A DNA stretch of 64,000 nt, taken from contig OZ241456.1 of NCBI GenBank assembly GCA_965200875.1, positions 1,767,460-1,831,459 on the forward strand, given 5' to 3'. This stretch comes from Bdellovibrionales bacterium (GTDB taxonomy: Bacteria; Bdellovibrionota; Bdellovibrionia; Bdellovibrionales; UBA1609). The notes under the pieces are model-generated. The model did not search any database. It saw only the letters and a list, made by a program, of their open reading frames with translations, and had not been told where the DNA came from. The translations under genes and the position numbers were made by a program. Below are positions 48,337 through 59,318 of this stretch, in pieces. Numbering within the stretch: position 1 is the stretch's first letter; each line of letters begins with the position of its first letter.

Positions 48337-50139
48337 ATGTCATCTTTAATTGAAGTTAAAAATTTATTCGTGGAATTTAAAACCGACGAAAAAACTGTAA
48401 AAGCTGTTCAGGATATTTCCTTTAACATTCCCAAAGGAAAAACAGTGGGACTAGTGGGAGAATCCGGTTCTGGAAAAAGTGTAACCGGCCTTTCCCTTAT
48501 GCGACTTATTCCTGAACCACCCGGCCTTATTGCCGGTGGTGAGATCTTTTTAAGCACAGAGGAAAAACCAAGCGGAAAACAAAACCCTTCTTCTTCCTCA
48601 AAAACAGCAATAAATACGAACCTGCAGAAAAACTCTGTTCCTCTCACAGAAACAGTGAATATCTTAAAACTACCAGAATCCCGGATGAGAAAAATCCGTG
48701 GCAATCGAATATCCATGATATTTCAGGAACCTATGTCCAGTCTGAACCCTGTATTTACAGTGGGAAATCAAATCGCAGAAGCCTTGATCTTGCACAGAAA
48801 CATGAATAAAAAATCTGCTTGGGAAAAAGCCACAGAACTGTTGGCACAGGTGGAAGTGGACAATCCTTCAGAAAGAGTTAAATCCTACCCTCATCAACTC
48901 AGTGGCGGACAAAGGCAAAGGGTAATGATTGCAATGGCCATTGCCTGCAACCCTGATCTATTAATCGCAGATGAACCCACCACTGCCCTAGATGTCACCA
49001 TCCAGAAACAAATCATGATCCTGCTTAAAAAGCTTCAGCAAAAATATTCCATGAGTATTTTATTTATCACCCATGACTTGGGATTAATCGCAGAAATAGC
49101 GGATAAAGTACTGGTTATGCACCAAGGGCAAATCGTGGAACAAGACAGTACTTTTAATATTTTTAAAGCACCTTCTCACCCCTACACCAAAGGATTGATA
49201 GCCTGTCGGCCCACTTTGGACAAAAACAGCAGACGCCTCCCTGTAATGAGCGATTACATGGATGAACAGGGACAGGCTTTAGAACCGGGTGATAAATGGG
49301 ACAAAAAAATCGTTAAAAATCTCTCTTCAAAAGAGGTGTTACTGGAAGTAAAAAATTTAAAAAAACACTTTCCTCTTCAAAAAAATCTATTTGGAAAAGT
49401 AAAGTCATACGTGAAAGCTGTAGATGATGTATCATTTACTGTTAAAAAAGGGGAAACCTTGGGACTGGTGGGAGAATCTGGTTGTGGGAAAACCACTTTG
49501 GGAAGAGTAATCCTGCGCCTGCTCAATGCCTCGTCTGGGGAAGTGATCTACCAAGGACAAAACATAATGAACCTTGCCAGAAAAAAAATGCGACACTTAA
49601 GAAGGAAAATGCAGGTGATTTTTCAAGATCCCTATTCTTCCCTTAATCCTCGTATGACTATTGGTTCGGCGGTCATGGAACCAATGATTATTCATAACCT
49701 AGGAGAAAATAAAAAAGAAAGAATAAAAAAAACTGAGAAACTTTTGGAAAGAGTCGGTCTCACAGGGGATATGCTTTATCGTTATCCCCATGAATTTTCC
49801 GGCGGACAAAGACAAAGAGTTTGTATCGCTCGTGCACTGGCTGTTGAACCAGAGTTTATTATATGTGATGAATCTGTATCTGCATTGGATGTGTCCATTC
49901 AATCACAAATTATTAATTTGTTAATGGATCTTCAAGAGGAAATGGACTTGACTTATATTTTTATCTCCCATGATTTATCTGTCGTAAAATTTATTTCTGA
50001 TGAAGTATGTGTTATGAACAAAGGTAAAATTGTCGAGCGAAATAGCTCTTTGGAAATTTACAAAAATCCCAAAGAGGATTACACGAAAAAACTTCTTGAT
50101 TCCATTCCTGAAGGAATACCTAAGCCCCCCCCGCAATAA
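48337..50139 (+). CDS. Peptide ABC transporter ATP-binding protein, two fused NBDs
   Basis: Two GESG(S/C)GK Walker A, two YPH(Q/E)(L/F)SGGQRQR signatures; start refined to 48337. Confidence 0.95.
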   Translation: MSSLIEVKNLFVEFKTDEKTVKAVQDISFNIPKGKTVGLVGESGSGKSVTGLSLMRLIPEPPGLIAGGEIFLSTEEKPSGKQNPSSSSKTAINTNLQKNSVPLTETVNILKLPESRMRKIRGNRISMIFQEPMSSLNPVFTVGNQIAEALILHRNMNKKSAWEKATELLAQVEVDNPSERVKSYPHQLSGGQRQRVMIAMAIACNPDLLIADEPTTALDVTIQKQIMILLKKLQQKYSMSILFITHDLGLIAEIADKVLVMHQGQIVEQDSTFNIFKAPSHPYTKGLIACRPTLDKNSRRLPVMSDYMDEQGQALEPGDKWDKKIVKNLSSKEVLLEVKNLKKHFPLQKNLFGKVKSYVKAVDDVSFTVKKGETLGLVGESGCGKTTLGRVILRLLNASSGEVIYQGQNIMNLARKKMRHLRRKMQVIFQDPYSSLNPRMTIGSAVMEPMIIHNLGENKKERIKKTEKLLERVGLTGDMLYRYPHEFSGGQRQRVCIARALAVEPEFIICDESVSALDVSIQSQIINLLMDLQEEMDLTYIFISHDLSVVKFISDEVCVMNKGKIVERNSSLEIYKNPKEDYTKKLLDSIPEGIPKPPPQ

Positions 50140-50350
50140 CCTTATCCACAAGATAAGGAAAATATTACAAACCCAGTATAAAAATTTTTCACATCCATTT
50201 AAACAATATTCAATGTTCTTTCCCTTTATTAAAAAATTACTTTGACTTTACAAGTCATCTTCTTCTATATCAGGCAAAGCACTAGAAATATTTTAAACAA
50301 CAGAATTTTTCAGCTTTGCAGACTGAAATTAGCCGGAAAAGTGATTACTG

Positions 50351-51970
50351 ATGAAAAAATATGTTTTTACCTGTTTTATCTTTTTTATATGTGCCTGTAA
50401 CAACAACCAGGGAACCAACATTAACCAAGAAGCCAGCACCAGCATAGAACCAGAAAATGTCACACTCCCGGAACCTTCTGTCGAAGGCAAAGACTCCACC
50501 CGCTTTAAACTGACCCAGCTTTCTGCTGTAACAGAAAAATTCCTCAAAATAAACGACAATATTGTATTTACAGACTTGAATGAACAAATAAAGTCGAACC
50601 AGTTTCTAAAAGATATACAGTTAAAAGTGAAATCCCATTGTATCATCAACAGGGGCACAGTTTTGATTCAAGAATTTACCAGAGCCATTAGCCAATCCAT
50701 ACCTATTATCGAGCTTTTGCCAACGAAAGCTCTTTCTCAAATAACAGCTTCTCCTCCTTCTTGCGGGTTTTCTTTCAAAGCGGAACATAAAGACGGATCA
50801 GCTCACCATTTTGAACTACCTCCTCTGCCTATTACGGATTACAGTGCCAAACGTTTTATCCAGATCAGAGAGGCCTCCTCCGAAATAGATAACCTCTTTC
50901 CGTATGTAATGATGGAAAGTTTAATGAATTATTCGATAGATTTAGGAGAACAGGAACCAATGGATAGCTTAAAGCTGATATGTGATCATTTTTCCCTTTC
51001 CCGATCCTTTAGTCCACAAAATTTTATTTCTTTATCCACTTTCCCTTTTTCAGATCTGAAAGAAAACGTGAAAAAGAAAATTCAGAATAAAAAACCTCAA
51101 CAGCAATGCCGGATTTTTGGATACAGAAACAACACACTGGTTGGGGTGTCATCCTTTTTCCATATTTTTTACCCTCAACCCTCTCTTGATGTGTATATAG
51201 AAGATGAAGTTTTATCTGATGAGGAAAAAAACTCTTTTTACCATATAATCATGAATGTAGAGGGATTGCCCAAAACACGACCGCTTGTTTCTATTTACTC
51301 CTATAAAATTAGTAACCTTCATTCTTATCCTGTTCATATATTAATTGAAGATTATGAAGATATAGAGTTGAAATTATATGGACTATATTATGGTAGTAAA
51401 GAGGAAAAAGGTTTTTATAATGTGCATTCTTCTTTATTTCACTTATCCAACATAAAGACATCAGGTGGCAAAGTAACTCAAAAAAAAATAGATGATGGAA
51501 TATTAATAACACTGGGGTCATACAGTGCTATCGAGATTTATGTGGCTTTAGAAAAGGATTTTGAACTTTGTCATAGTCAGAACGACGATCCAACTTGGAT
51601 TGGAGGAGTGATGCTCTACCCAGATCTTAAAATATATCAATTAATTTCCAACCAAACAGAGTTAATTCCTTTTGAAAAAAATATTCAATATCAGCTTAAT
51701 ACCTTCCCCGGAAACCAGTTTCAGTTTATAACAAATAGAGTCCACACAACTTTCGAACGACAAAGAAACAGAACAAATCATCTATGGTTCAGAGATGGAC
51801 ATTGCAATGGGAAAATAACAGATACTCCATATCCCATTATTGAGGTATATGGCCAAGACAGAAAGCTAAGAGTCAGATTTACAGACTCTACACCTGTCCA
51901 ACAACACCAATATGACGAAAGTGATACTGCAATACGATTTATGTTTGGAAAATTTATCAGAGGGATTTGA
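50351..51970 (+). CDS. Hypothetical lipoprotein
   Basis: Lipobox ICAC; 539 aa with several Cys. Confidence 0.65.
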   Translation: MKKYVFTCFIFFICACNNNQGTNINQEASTSIEPENVTLPEPSVEGKDSTRFKLTQLSAVTEKFLKINDNIVFTDLNEQIKSNQFLKDIQLKVKSHCIINRGTVLIQEFTRAISQSIPIIELLPTKALSQITASPPSCGFSFKAEHKDGSAHHFELPPLPITDYSAKRFIQIREASSEIDNLFPYVMMESLMNYSIDLGEQEPMDSLKLICDHFSLSRSFSPQNFISLSTFPFSDLKENVKKKIQNKKPQQQCRIFGYRNNTLVGVSSFFHIFYPQPSLDVYIEDEVLSDEEKNSFYHIIMNVEGLPKTRPLVSIYSYKISNLHSYPVHILIEDYEDIELKLYGLYYGSKEEKGFYNVHSSLFHLSNIKTSGGKVTQKKIDDGILITLGSYSAIEIYVALEKDFELCHSQNDDPTWIGGVMLYPDLKIYQLISNQTELIPFEKNIQYQLNTFPGNQFQFITNRVHTTFERQRNRTNHLWFRDGHCNGKITDTPYPIIEVYGQDRKLRVRFTDSTPVQQHQYDESDTAIRFMFGKFIRGI

Positions 51971-52008
51971 ATGAAGCCCTGTTAAAAAATCCAATTTCAA
52001 TATTTTTT

Positions 52009-54612
52009 TTATAGCCTTTCAGACTGAAGCTTTAACACTCTCAAACAAGACTGCACGACAGAATCCGCATTGATTCCATGATACTGATAAATATCCCCTG
52101 GCCTGCCACATCGGGAGTGCTTTCTCACAGCCAATGATTCCTGATACACCCCCAGAACAGAACCAATGTTATCCAATAAACCCGGTTCACCGTCATGTAC
52201 GCTCACTATGGGGGCTTTTGTACACGCCAAACCCAAACCCTTTCCAAGATGCGTATAATCATTGTTATAAGCTAGGTTTCCCAACAATAAATCAGGGCTG
52301 GTGACTATAATAACATTAGCATAAATTCCCTGACTTAAAAGTGCTTTGGCCGCTGACAGAGCAGAAGTGGAAGGGGATCCCATAGAAAAAATATGCACTA
52401 CATTATCTTCCTCCCTGTAATCCGCATAACCGGTGTAATTTAACAAATAGTAAGCTCCTGCCAAAACCTCCTTTCGAATCCGTGAAAAAATTTCCGAGGT
52501 TGAGACAGAATCTATATGAGATTCCTCCTGAGCAAAAGGTAGAGAGTGATTTTTAGGAGTCAGCAAAATATCCGACTTGGTTTTAAATCTTTTTTGAGTT
52601 TTTAAACACTCAAGAAATTGCTTTTGATCCACACCTCTTGTCACTGCTCGGATCAACACTCCCGCTCTTCCCTCATTTTCTCCAGTAAAGTGTCTTTGAA
52701 GCGCGTCTTTGAAAATCCAATCCATTTCCTGCAGAAAAAAAGGCTCCCAAGTAATTTGATTGGGTATTTGAAAATCAGACTTCCAGCCATGCTGTGCCCC
52801 CTCTGGAGATAAAGTAACCCCAGACGGAGTACCACATAAAATAAAGCCGGCATTCCAATAGAGGGCATAAAAATACTGATCCAAAGCTCTTTTAATAAAA
52901 AAATCGTATATCGTCATTAAAGGGAGTACTGGCACACCCAGTATATCTTTCATTTTTCCGAAGGCTGTCATACAGGAGATGCTGTTGGCTTCAGCAATCT
53001 CAAAACGAATGAAACGATTTTGACTTTCCTGACGAGTTGTCAGATTTGGGCTTTTTTTATCTTCCAGTCCTTTTTTTACTTGTTCCTCCTTAATCCAAGA
53101 AGGGCCGAATACCTTGTTATTCATTGTAAACCCCAAGTTAGTAGAAGTGCCCACATCAGGGGACATGGAATAAAGCAAACGAGCTGGCTCTTTTAACATC
53201 TGCTCATCAGGCTTTAACGATTTTTCGTTGGCAATGCGGGAAAATTTAGCGGTTATCTGACCCAGGAACCACTGCGTATGAGGATAGCTCAAATTCTTAA
53301 AATCTAGGGATAAACTCTCCGGGCAGGAGGTGGAAAAAAGTTTTTTAAAACGTTTTTGATTTTCTTTTTTTATCCGGGCTTGAGAAAGGATTTCTTCATA
53401 AAGTTTTTCCCTTCTTTTTTTTAAAAAAAGTCCTTCCGGGGAATTTTCAGGAAAAAGCGGAAACTCTCCCTTACTTTCCACTCCTTCCCTTAATTTATCC
53501 AGCTCTTTTTTTGAAATTAAATAAGAATGATTGCCACTCCTGCCGGCCATTTCCAACCCCCAACCCTTAATGGTGTGGGCAATAATAAAACATGGCCGAG
53601 TTGGATCTTCTTTGCTTGCTTGCAGAGCGGAAATGAGGCTTGGAAAATCGTGCCCACCCAAATCTATAAAAGCAGATTTTACTTTCTCTGCCGGAATATT
53701 TTGCAAAAAAGCTTTTAATTTTTGATGTTTTGATAAAGTATTTTTCAAATCAGCCGGATCCTTATGAAATAAGGCCTGAAACTCATGATCTTTTAATTCC
53801 TTTTCCAGAAAAAATTGAAAATCCTTCCCTCCTGGCTCTTGGAATAGTCTTTTTCTGATAGAACCATGCCTTAACTGAATCACCCTCCATCCATTTACGG
53901 AAAGCGTTTTTTCAATTCTCAAGTCGTCAGAGCATTCCATGACATTATCATTAACGAGACGATGACCATCTAGGCTTTGGCGATTGTAATCCAAAATCCA
54001 AGTTAAATGACCTAATTCCCTCTCCGCCAGATCTGGAACAGCCTCCATAAGAGAACCTTCCCTAAACTCAGAGTCTCCCATTACCGCCCAAAAATGAGCA
54101 GGTGGAGTTTTGTACCCTTGAATATCAACCGCTTTATAAGCCAAACTCAGGTAACCCGCCACTACTGGAGGAATACCCACTGTTCCAGAAGGAAGAAAAT
54201 TATGATGATCTGGATCATATACGGAATGATAGGACTGAAAAGTAAATTCCTTGTTCCTAGGAAAAGCCCTTAACCCTCTCATGGCTTGTTCCGCAAACGC
54301 CGGAGAAAGAGGCTTCATATACTCATCCAACAACAAGCCCAACAAATAATTATAAGCATGATCTGTTGGGGAGGCATGAGGTTTGTTGGCGATATGATCA
54401 TATCCTGACTTAACAACAAGATGTAACGCGCCCATAATATGCAAGGCACTGGTGCTGGCAGAACAATGCCCTCCCACTTTAGGATCTCCTTTTTCCTGAT
54501 CTGTCCGGGAATTGGCTGTGTAGATCATCTGATTCAATATCAGATGCGCTCTGCGGGCAATAATATTTAAAATGTGTGATTCTTTCGGGTTCAAATTTTC
54601 CATAATAACCAT
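52009..54612 (-). CDS. aceE: Pyruvate dehydrogenase E1, AceE/transketolase-like
   Basis: KVGGH..S, KPHASP, GDSE..EG...NRQSLDG TPP motif, HTIKG, EGAQH. Confidence 0.85.
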   Translation of the reverse strand: MVIMENLNPKESHILNIIARRAHLILNQMIYTANSRTDQEKGDPKVGGHCSASTSALHIMGALHLVVKSGYDHIANKPHASPTDHAYNYLLGLLLDEYMKPLSPAFAEQAMRGLRAFPRNKEFTFQSYHSVYDPDHHNFLPSGTVGIPPVVAGYLSLAYKAVDIQGYKTPPAHFWAVMGDSEFREGSLMEAVPDLAERELGHLTWILDYNRQSLDGHRLVNDNVMECSDDLRIEKTLSVNGWRVIQLRHGSIRKRLFQEPGGKDFQFFLEKELKDHEFQALFHKDPADLKNTLSKHQKLKAFLQNIPAEKVKSAFIDLGGHDFPSLISALQASKEDPTRPCFIIAHTIKGWGLEMAGRSGNHSYLISKKELDKLREGVESKGEFPLFPENSPEGLFLKKRREKLYEEILSQARIKKENQKRFKKLFSTSCPESLSLDFKNLSYPHTQWFLGQITAKFSRIANEKSLKPDEQMLKEPARLLYSMSPDVGTSTNLGFTMNNKVFGPSWIKEEQVKKGLEDKKSPNLTTRQESQNRFIRFEIAEANSISCMTAFGKMKDILGVPVLPLMTIYDFFIKRALDQYFYALYWNAGFILCGTPSGVTLSPEGAQHGWKSDFQIPNQITWEPFFLQEMDWIFKDALQRHFTGENEGRAGVLIRAVTRGVDQKQFLECLKTQKRFKTKSDILLTPKNHSLPFAQEESHIDSVSTSEIFSRIRKEVLAGAYYLLNYTGYADYREEDNVVHIFSMGSPSTSALSAAKALLSQGIYANVIIVTSPDLLLGNLAYNNDYTHLGKGLGLACTKAPIVSVHDGEPGLLDNIGSVLGVYQESLAVRKHSRCGRPGDIYQYHGINADSVVQSCLRVLKLQSERL

Positions 54613-54664
54613 TCTTTGACTGAATTAAAATGTTGTCATGTTCATTTTAAGAGGTCAATATCCT

Positions 54665-55573
54665 CTATTCCTGCCGAGAAAACAGATTCTGAGAGAGAAA
54701 GGGGGCTATAGAAAGATGAAAAATTTGTTTAATATGAATATAACCATCCTCTTCAATCAGTCCTCCAGGGGGATTGGGAAAAGGTTCAGCCAATAAAAAC
54801 GCGTGAAGAGCGGCGGAGTCAATATCCTCCACTCCTGAGCTTTTTATCACTCTCATATCCTGCACTTCCCCCTCTGGGGAAAGATACACATAAAGACTGG
54901 TGGAAAAATACCTGCTCTTATGTTTATAAACAAACTTATTAAAAGAAAAGGCTTTTTGTAACAATTCGTTTTTAATATATTGTGTCCATCTCCAATAAAG
55001 CTGTTCTTTCATACGGGCAAAATACGAATAATAAACAAACTCCCTAGTATTCAACAAAGTGTGTGAACCAAACTCCACCCCCGGTAAAAAATCCATAGTT
55101 CGGCTTAATTCCTGCCGGTTTTTTTCCGGAAAAATGTTTTCTGACTCTATAGCCGATAAATCCACACTGAGTGGTGCCGTTATTTTATCTACCAAATCCG
55201 GAACTTGGGAGCTGACTTTCCGTTCAATGGATTTCGAAAAATGCTGATTTTTTACACGCAGATTTTGATCCGCCTGATGAAATAGTCCGTTTAACATGGC
55301 TTGTGTTTCCTTTTCTACTGTCTTATCCTTTTTACTCAGATAAGATGTTTGTGTTTTTGGAGGGATTTTATTAAACCTTTCCTGACTGACAATTTGCTGG
55401 TGAACAGGATATTCCACCAATATAAAATCATTATGGTTTTCTGTTTGCAAAACCGGCCTTTTGTATGGAAAAAAGGGGAATTTATACGAAACAAACAGAG
55501 GGAGATGAATCAGAAATGAACAAAAAAAAGCTAACAAAAACGGCCTTATTCGTTTTTTTTTATAATAAAACAA
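54665..55573 (-). CDS. TonB-family energy transducer
   Basis: N-terminal TM with SFLIH; C-terminal KSSG...D.AAL.A...PFPNPP. Confidence 0.85.
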   Translation of the reverse strand: MFYYKKKRIRPFLLAFFCSFLIHLPLFVSYKFPFFPYKRPVLQTENHNDFILVEYPVHQQIVSQERFNKIPPKTQTSYLSKKDKTVEKETQAMLNGLFHQADQNLRVKNQHFSKSIERKVSSQVPDLVDKITAPLSVDLSAIESENIFPEKNRQELSRTMDFLPGVEFGSHTLLNTREFVYYSYFARMKEQLYWRWTQYIKNELLQKAFSFNKFVYKHKSRYFSTSLYVYLSPEGEVQDMRVIKSSGVEDIDSAALHAFLLAEPFPNPPGGLIEEDGYIHIKQIFHLSIAPFLSQNLFSRQE

Positions 55574-55733
55574 TGAAAACCTCCGCTTTTTTTAATGACA
55601 ATAAAAAATCAATCTTAACACAGAAAATAAAGTTTTCATATATTGTCTGTAAATATTGTATCTTAATGGATTATAAGGTCTCTTTCAGGATTATAGCCTG
55701 AAGATTTATAACGCTTTTTGGAGCTTAAGACTT

Positions 55734-56459
55734 ATGGAGCTTGTATTTTATTCCGCCACGGATGTAGGTCTGGTCAGACATAACAACCAAGACAGCATTT
55801 TGGCAGATGGAAATAATCGGCTTTTTATGGTGGCTGATGGTATGGGAGGACATAAAGGAGGAGAAGTGGCTTCCTTATTGGCCGTTAAAACCCTATCAAA
55901 CAAGCTTACTGGAAAAACAAAAAAAAACAAATCTCTTTTTGAGGATATATACTCAGCCTGTGTGGAGGCCAACAAAGTAATCTATAATAAAAGTCAAAAA
56001 AAAGTTGAACTTAGAGGAATGGGCACCACTTTATGCCTGTTTTTAGTGAGACATGATGGTCTAGCTTACATAGCCAATATTGGAGATTCCAGGCTATATA
56101 TGGAGAAACAGGGAAAAATGTGGCTTTTAACAGAAGATCATAACTTCATAACCAACCAGATGAAAACCAGTTTCTTGTCTGGAGAAGATATGCCGGAACC
56201 CACTTCTGAAAACAGTGCTCTCACCAAAAGTGTAGGATTTTTTGCCTCCGTGGAACCCGATATTTTTGAAAGACAAGTGGAAAAAGGCGAAAAATACCTG
56301 ATTTGTTCTGATGGATTAAGCAGTTTTGTTCCTGATACAGAAATTAACGCTATTTTACAAAATCACTCTTTACAAAATGTCCCAAAAGAATGTATTAAAA
56401 GGGCCTTGGATGCAGGTGGAGATGATAATGTGTCCGTAATTGTTATTGAGGTTCAATAA
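55734..56459 (+). CDS. PP2C-type Ser/Thr phosphatase (Stp1-like)
   Basis: TDVGLVR.NNQD, VADGMGGH, GMGTT, NIGDSR, CSDGL, GGDDN. Confidence 0.95.
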   Translation: MELVFYSATDVGLVRHNNQDSILADGNNRLFMVADGMGGHKGGEVASLLAVKTLSNKLTGKTKKNKSLFEDIYSACVEANKVIYNKSQKKVELRGMGTTLCLFLVRHDGLAYIANIGDSRLYMEKQGKMWLLTEDHNFITNQMKTSFLSGEDMPEPTSENSALTKSVGFFASVEPDIFERQVEKGEKYLICSDGLSSFVPDTEINAILQNHSLQNVPKECIKRALDAGGDDNVSVIVIEVQ

Positions 56460-56532
56460 ATTTTTAAATAAAGTGATAATGATTTCCCGGATTTTTTGAG
56501 TAAACCGGGGGGAAAATAAAAGGCAAATCAAC

Positions 56533-57582
56533 ATGATTGGAAAAAAACTCACTATATTTGTCAGCTCCAAAACCAGCGGGCTGAAAGAAATTCATATTTC
56601 TGCGTTCCAAATTCGTTATGGACTCACGGGACTTGGAGTTTTAGGATTGCTTTTATGTGTGTTCGCAGTGGATTATTTCTTTGCTTTCTCTTCCCGGCTT
56701 GATTATCGAAAGTATCAGTCAGAAAATAAAAGCTTAAAAGCTCAACTTTCTCAAACTCAGCTCAAAATGAAGAAGCTTAATTCCCGTTTAAGACAAATTG
56801 AAGATTTTTCCTATAAAATCAAAGTGATTGCCGGACTGAAACAACCTACTTCCTCCCTTATGGCTATGGGGCCTCTTTCCGGATCCTCTTTCCCAGATTT
56901 ATCTTCTTCCAGTTCTGGATTTCCGGCAAAAAAATCAAATCGCGAGCTGGACGATAAAGCCTCTAGCTCCCAAACTTTATCCCCTCTGTCTGCTGAATCC
57001 CTAGTAATATACATGGATCATCTGGACAAAAAGTCCCGCTTGGTTCATCAAAATATCACCTTAATAATGGAGCAATTATATGAAAGAAAAGATATTATCA
57101 ACAGCACACCAAGTCTTTTGCCGGTTAAAGGATGGATTAGCTCCCATTTTGGTTATCGCCAATACCCTTTCACAGGAGAAGTATCTCTCCACGAAGGTAT
57201 GGATATTGCCGCTTTTCCAGGCACTCCGGTTTATGCTCCTGCCAATGGTGTTGTTGTATTTGCCGGATATAAAAAAGGTTATGGAAAAGTCATAGTAGTG
57301 GATCATGGCTATGAGCTTTCCACCCTTTATGGGCATTTATCTGATATAATGGTGTCTAGGTGGCAAAAAGTGGAGAGAAGACAAGTCATTGGTGCTATCG
57401 GCAATACTGGCAACTCTTCTGGTCCACATCTGCATTATGAAGTGCGTATTTCCAATGTTCCAGTGGACCCTGCCAATTACATTTTAAACCAAACCGGCTT
57501 TGAGCTTACTGAACATATAGACCACTTATCCTTAAAAGATAAACCAAAAAATACCCATCAACGAGATATAAACTCATTATAG
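56533..57582 (+). CDS. M23 family peptidoglycan endopeptidase
   Basis: TM + coiled coil; HEGMD (HxxxD), YGHL, SGPHLHYEV. Confidence 0.93.
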   Translation: MIGKKLTIFVSSKTSGLKEIHISAFQIRYGLTGLGVLGLLLCVFAVDYFFAFSSRLDYRKYQSENKSLKAQLSQTQLKMKKLNSRLRQIEDFSYKIKVIAGLKQPTSSLMAMGPLSGSSFPDLSSSSSGFPAKKSNRELDDKASSSQTLSPLSAESLVIYMDHLDKKSRLVHQNITLIMEQLYERKDIINSTPSLLPVKGWISSHFGYRQYPFTGEVSLHEGMDIAAFPGTPVYAPANGVVVFAGYKKGYGKVIVVDHGYELSTLYGHLSDIMVSRWQKVERRQVIGAIGNTGNSSGPHLHYEVRISNVPVDPANYILNQTGFELTEHIDHLSLKDKPKNTHQRDINSL

Positions 57583-57622
57583 AAAATAATAAAATCACAC
57601 AATCAAAAAACAGGAGGGTTTT

Positions 57623-58291
57623 ATGAATTTTGTTAAATTATTAAAAAAAGAGCTTAATCCTTATCATCTGCTCAAGCACCCTTTTTATCAAAAGTGGACA
57701 GAAGGAACATTACCTAAAAAGTGTTTGCAAAATTACGCTGTTCAATACTATCAACATGTATCGGCTTTTCCACGCTATATCAGTGCTTTGCATTCCTTGT
57801 GTGAAAATCCAAAAGATCGAAAAATCCTGCTCGAAAATTTAAATGACGAAGAAGGAGCTAAAGGTAAACCGCATCCTGATCTATGGATGTATTTTGCAGA
57901 AGGTTTGGGTTTAGACAAAGAAGCTGTGGAAAAAACCCCGGCCTGTAAAAACCTTCAGAAATTAATACAGAGCTTTTTTTTTCACTGCCGAAACTCTTAT
58001 GCGGAAGGTTTATCGGCTCTTTACAGTTACGAATACCAAGTACCGGAAGTGGCGGAAACAAAAATACAGGGATTAAAAAAACATTATAATATCACAGATG
58101 AAAAAACACTTTTGTTTTTTCTAGTTCATAAGTCTGCTGATATTGAACATAGAAAAGCCCTAGAGGAACTACTGGAGCACTTGCCTGAGAAGCAACAAAA
58201 ACCCGCACTGGATTCTGCCATAAATACAGCAAAAGCTCTTTGGAGTTTTCTAACAGAGATGGAATCTGTTCCTCAGGCGGTTACTACATAA
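57623..58291 (+). CDS. CADD/CT610-type heme-oxygenase-like metalloenzyme (putative pABA synthase)
   Basis: HPFYQKW, YYQHV, NLNDEEG...H, YEYQVPEVAETK, HKSADIEH metal-ligand pattern; folate-gene context. Confidence 0.88.
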   Translation: MNFVKLLKKELNPYHLLKHPFYQKWTEGTLPKKCLQNYAVQYYQHVSAFPRYISALHSLCENPKDRKILLENLNDEEGAKGKPHPDLWMYFAEGLGLDKEAVEKTPACKNLQKLIQSFFFHCRNSYAEGLSALYSYEYQVPEVAETKIQGLKKHYNITDEKTLLFFLVHKSADIEHRKALEELLEHLPEKQQKPALDSAINTAKALWSFLTEMESVPQAVTT

Positions 58292-58526
58292 CCTCTTGGT
58301 TCGGCGATGTTTTTCCGATTTTTTGTAAAGAAATCATTGCTGATTCACAAATAGAAAGCATCAAATTATAAGAAAACAAAGGTGTTATTGTAAAATCTTG
58401 CAATTTTTTCCCGAACCTTTTTAAAAAAATCAAGTGATAATAATGCCGTTATCATTTATTCAGGACCTATTTAGTCGACTTGATTAAGAAAACAAAGAGT
58501 CTATTTGACCGATCCAGAGCTTTCTC

Positions 58527-58570
58527 TTTTGTCAAATATTATTTGACAAAAACCCAAAACAGATTATTAT
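58527..58570 (+). promoter_or_regulatory. Sigma70-like promoter (TTGACA 58543-58548, TATTAT 58565-58570) overlapped by a 25-bp palindrome
   Basis: Perfect -35, 16-bp spacer, near-consensus -10; TTTTGTCAAATA-T-TATTTGACAAAA at 58527-58551. Confidence 0.65.
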
Positions 58571-58576
58571 ATTACA

Positions 58577-58653
58577 TATAAATACAAGGTTCCTCGTTCC
58601 TTATTCCTGAACTTAATTGTGGTTAAGGTTGGACACGAGGGCCGATTTTTTTT
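58577..58653 (+). ncRNA. Putative structured leader/small RNA ending in a U-tract upstream of the NYN gene
   Basis: CCTCGT 58592-58597 pairs with ACGAGG 58635-58640; TCC/GGA; inner CTTAAT/GTTAAG; T8 at 58646-58653. Confidence 0.5.
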
Positions 58654-58670
58654 GTTTGGTTCTTCATTCA

Positions 58671-59318
58671 ATGGAAAAAGTAGCTTTTATTGTTGATGGT
58701 GGGTTCTTTGTTAAAAAATACAAAGAGAAAAACAAGAAATATCCAACAGCAGATGATGTGGAAAAATATATTCAAAAAATCTTTGATTATATTAAAAAAA
58801 ATTCAACTGATAAAGTAGAAATTTACAGGGTATTTTATTATGACTGTCCACCTTTAAATAATCTTAGCAAATCTGAAATACGAAAAAACAAACCCACTAA
58901 CATAACAAATGAAAATATCAAGAATATATGTTCCTCTTTTACAAAAAACTATAAAACAATAAAAAAGTTTCATGATTCAATGAAGAGAAAAGACTTTTTT
59001 GCCTTGAGAATGGGACAACTAAAAATTCAAGGTTGGTGGCCAAATCAAACAAATCCAAATTATGCTAAACTAAAGATCAGACAAAAAGGTGTGGATATGC
59101 GAATAGGGTTGGATATTGCCAGTATTACAGCTAAAAAATTATGCACGAAGCTTGTTTTGATATCAGGAGATATAGATATGATTCCAGCTATGAAAACGGC
59201 CAGAAAAGAAGGTGTGCATGTGTATTGGCATAGCATAGATGACGGACGACATGGGTCCAATCTGGAATTAGCAACCCATTCAGATATAGTGTTAACAAAA
59301 AAACGATTGAAAATATAA
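58671..59318 (+). CDS. NYN (LabA/DUF88, PIN-like) ribonuclease-domain protein
   Basis: AFIVDGGF, YRVFYYDC.P, RQKGVDMRIGLDI, LISGDIDMIPAMKTARKEG, LATHSD; start refined to ATG 58671. Confidence 0.92.
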   Translation: MEKVAFIVDGGFFVKKYKEKNKKYPTADDVEKYIQKIFDYIKKNSTDKVEIYRVFYYDCPPLNNLSKSEIRKNKPTNITNENIKNICSSFTKNYKTIKKFHDSMKRKDFFALRMGQLKIQGWWPNQTNPNYAKLKIRQKGVDMRIGLDIASITAKKLCTKLVLISGDIDMIPAMKTARKEGVHVYWHSIDDGRHGSNLELATHSDIVLTKKRLKI

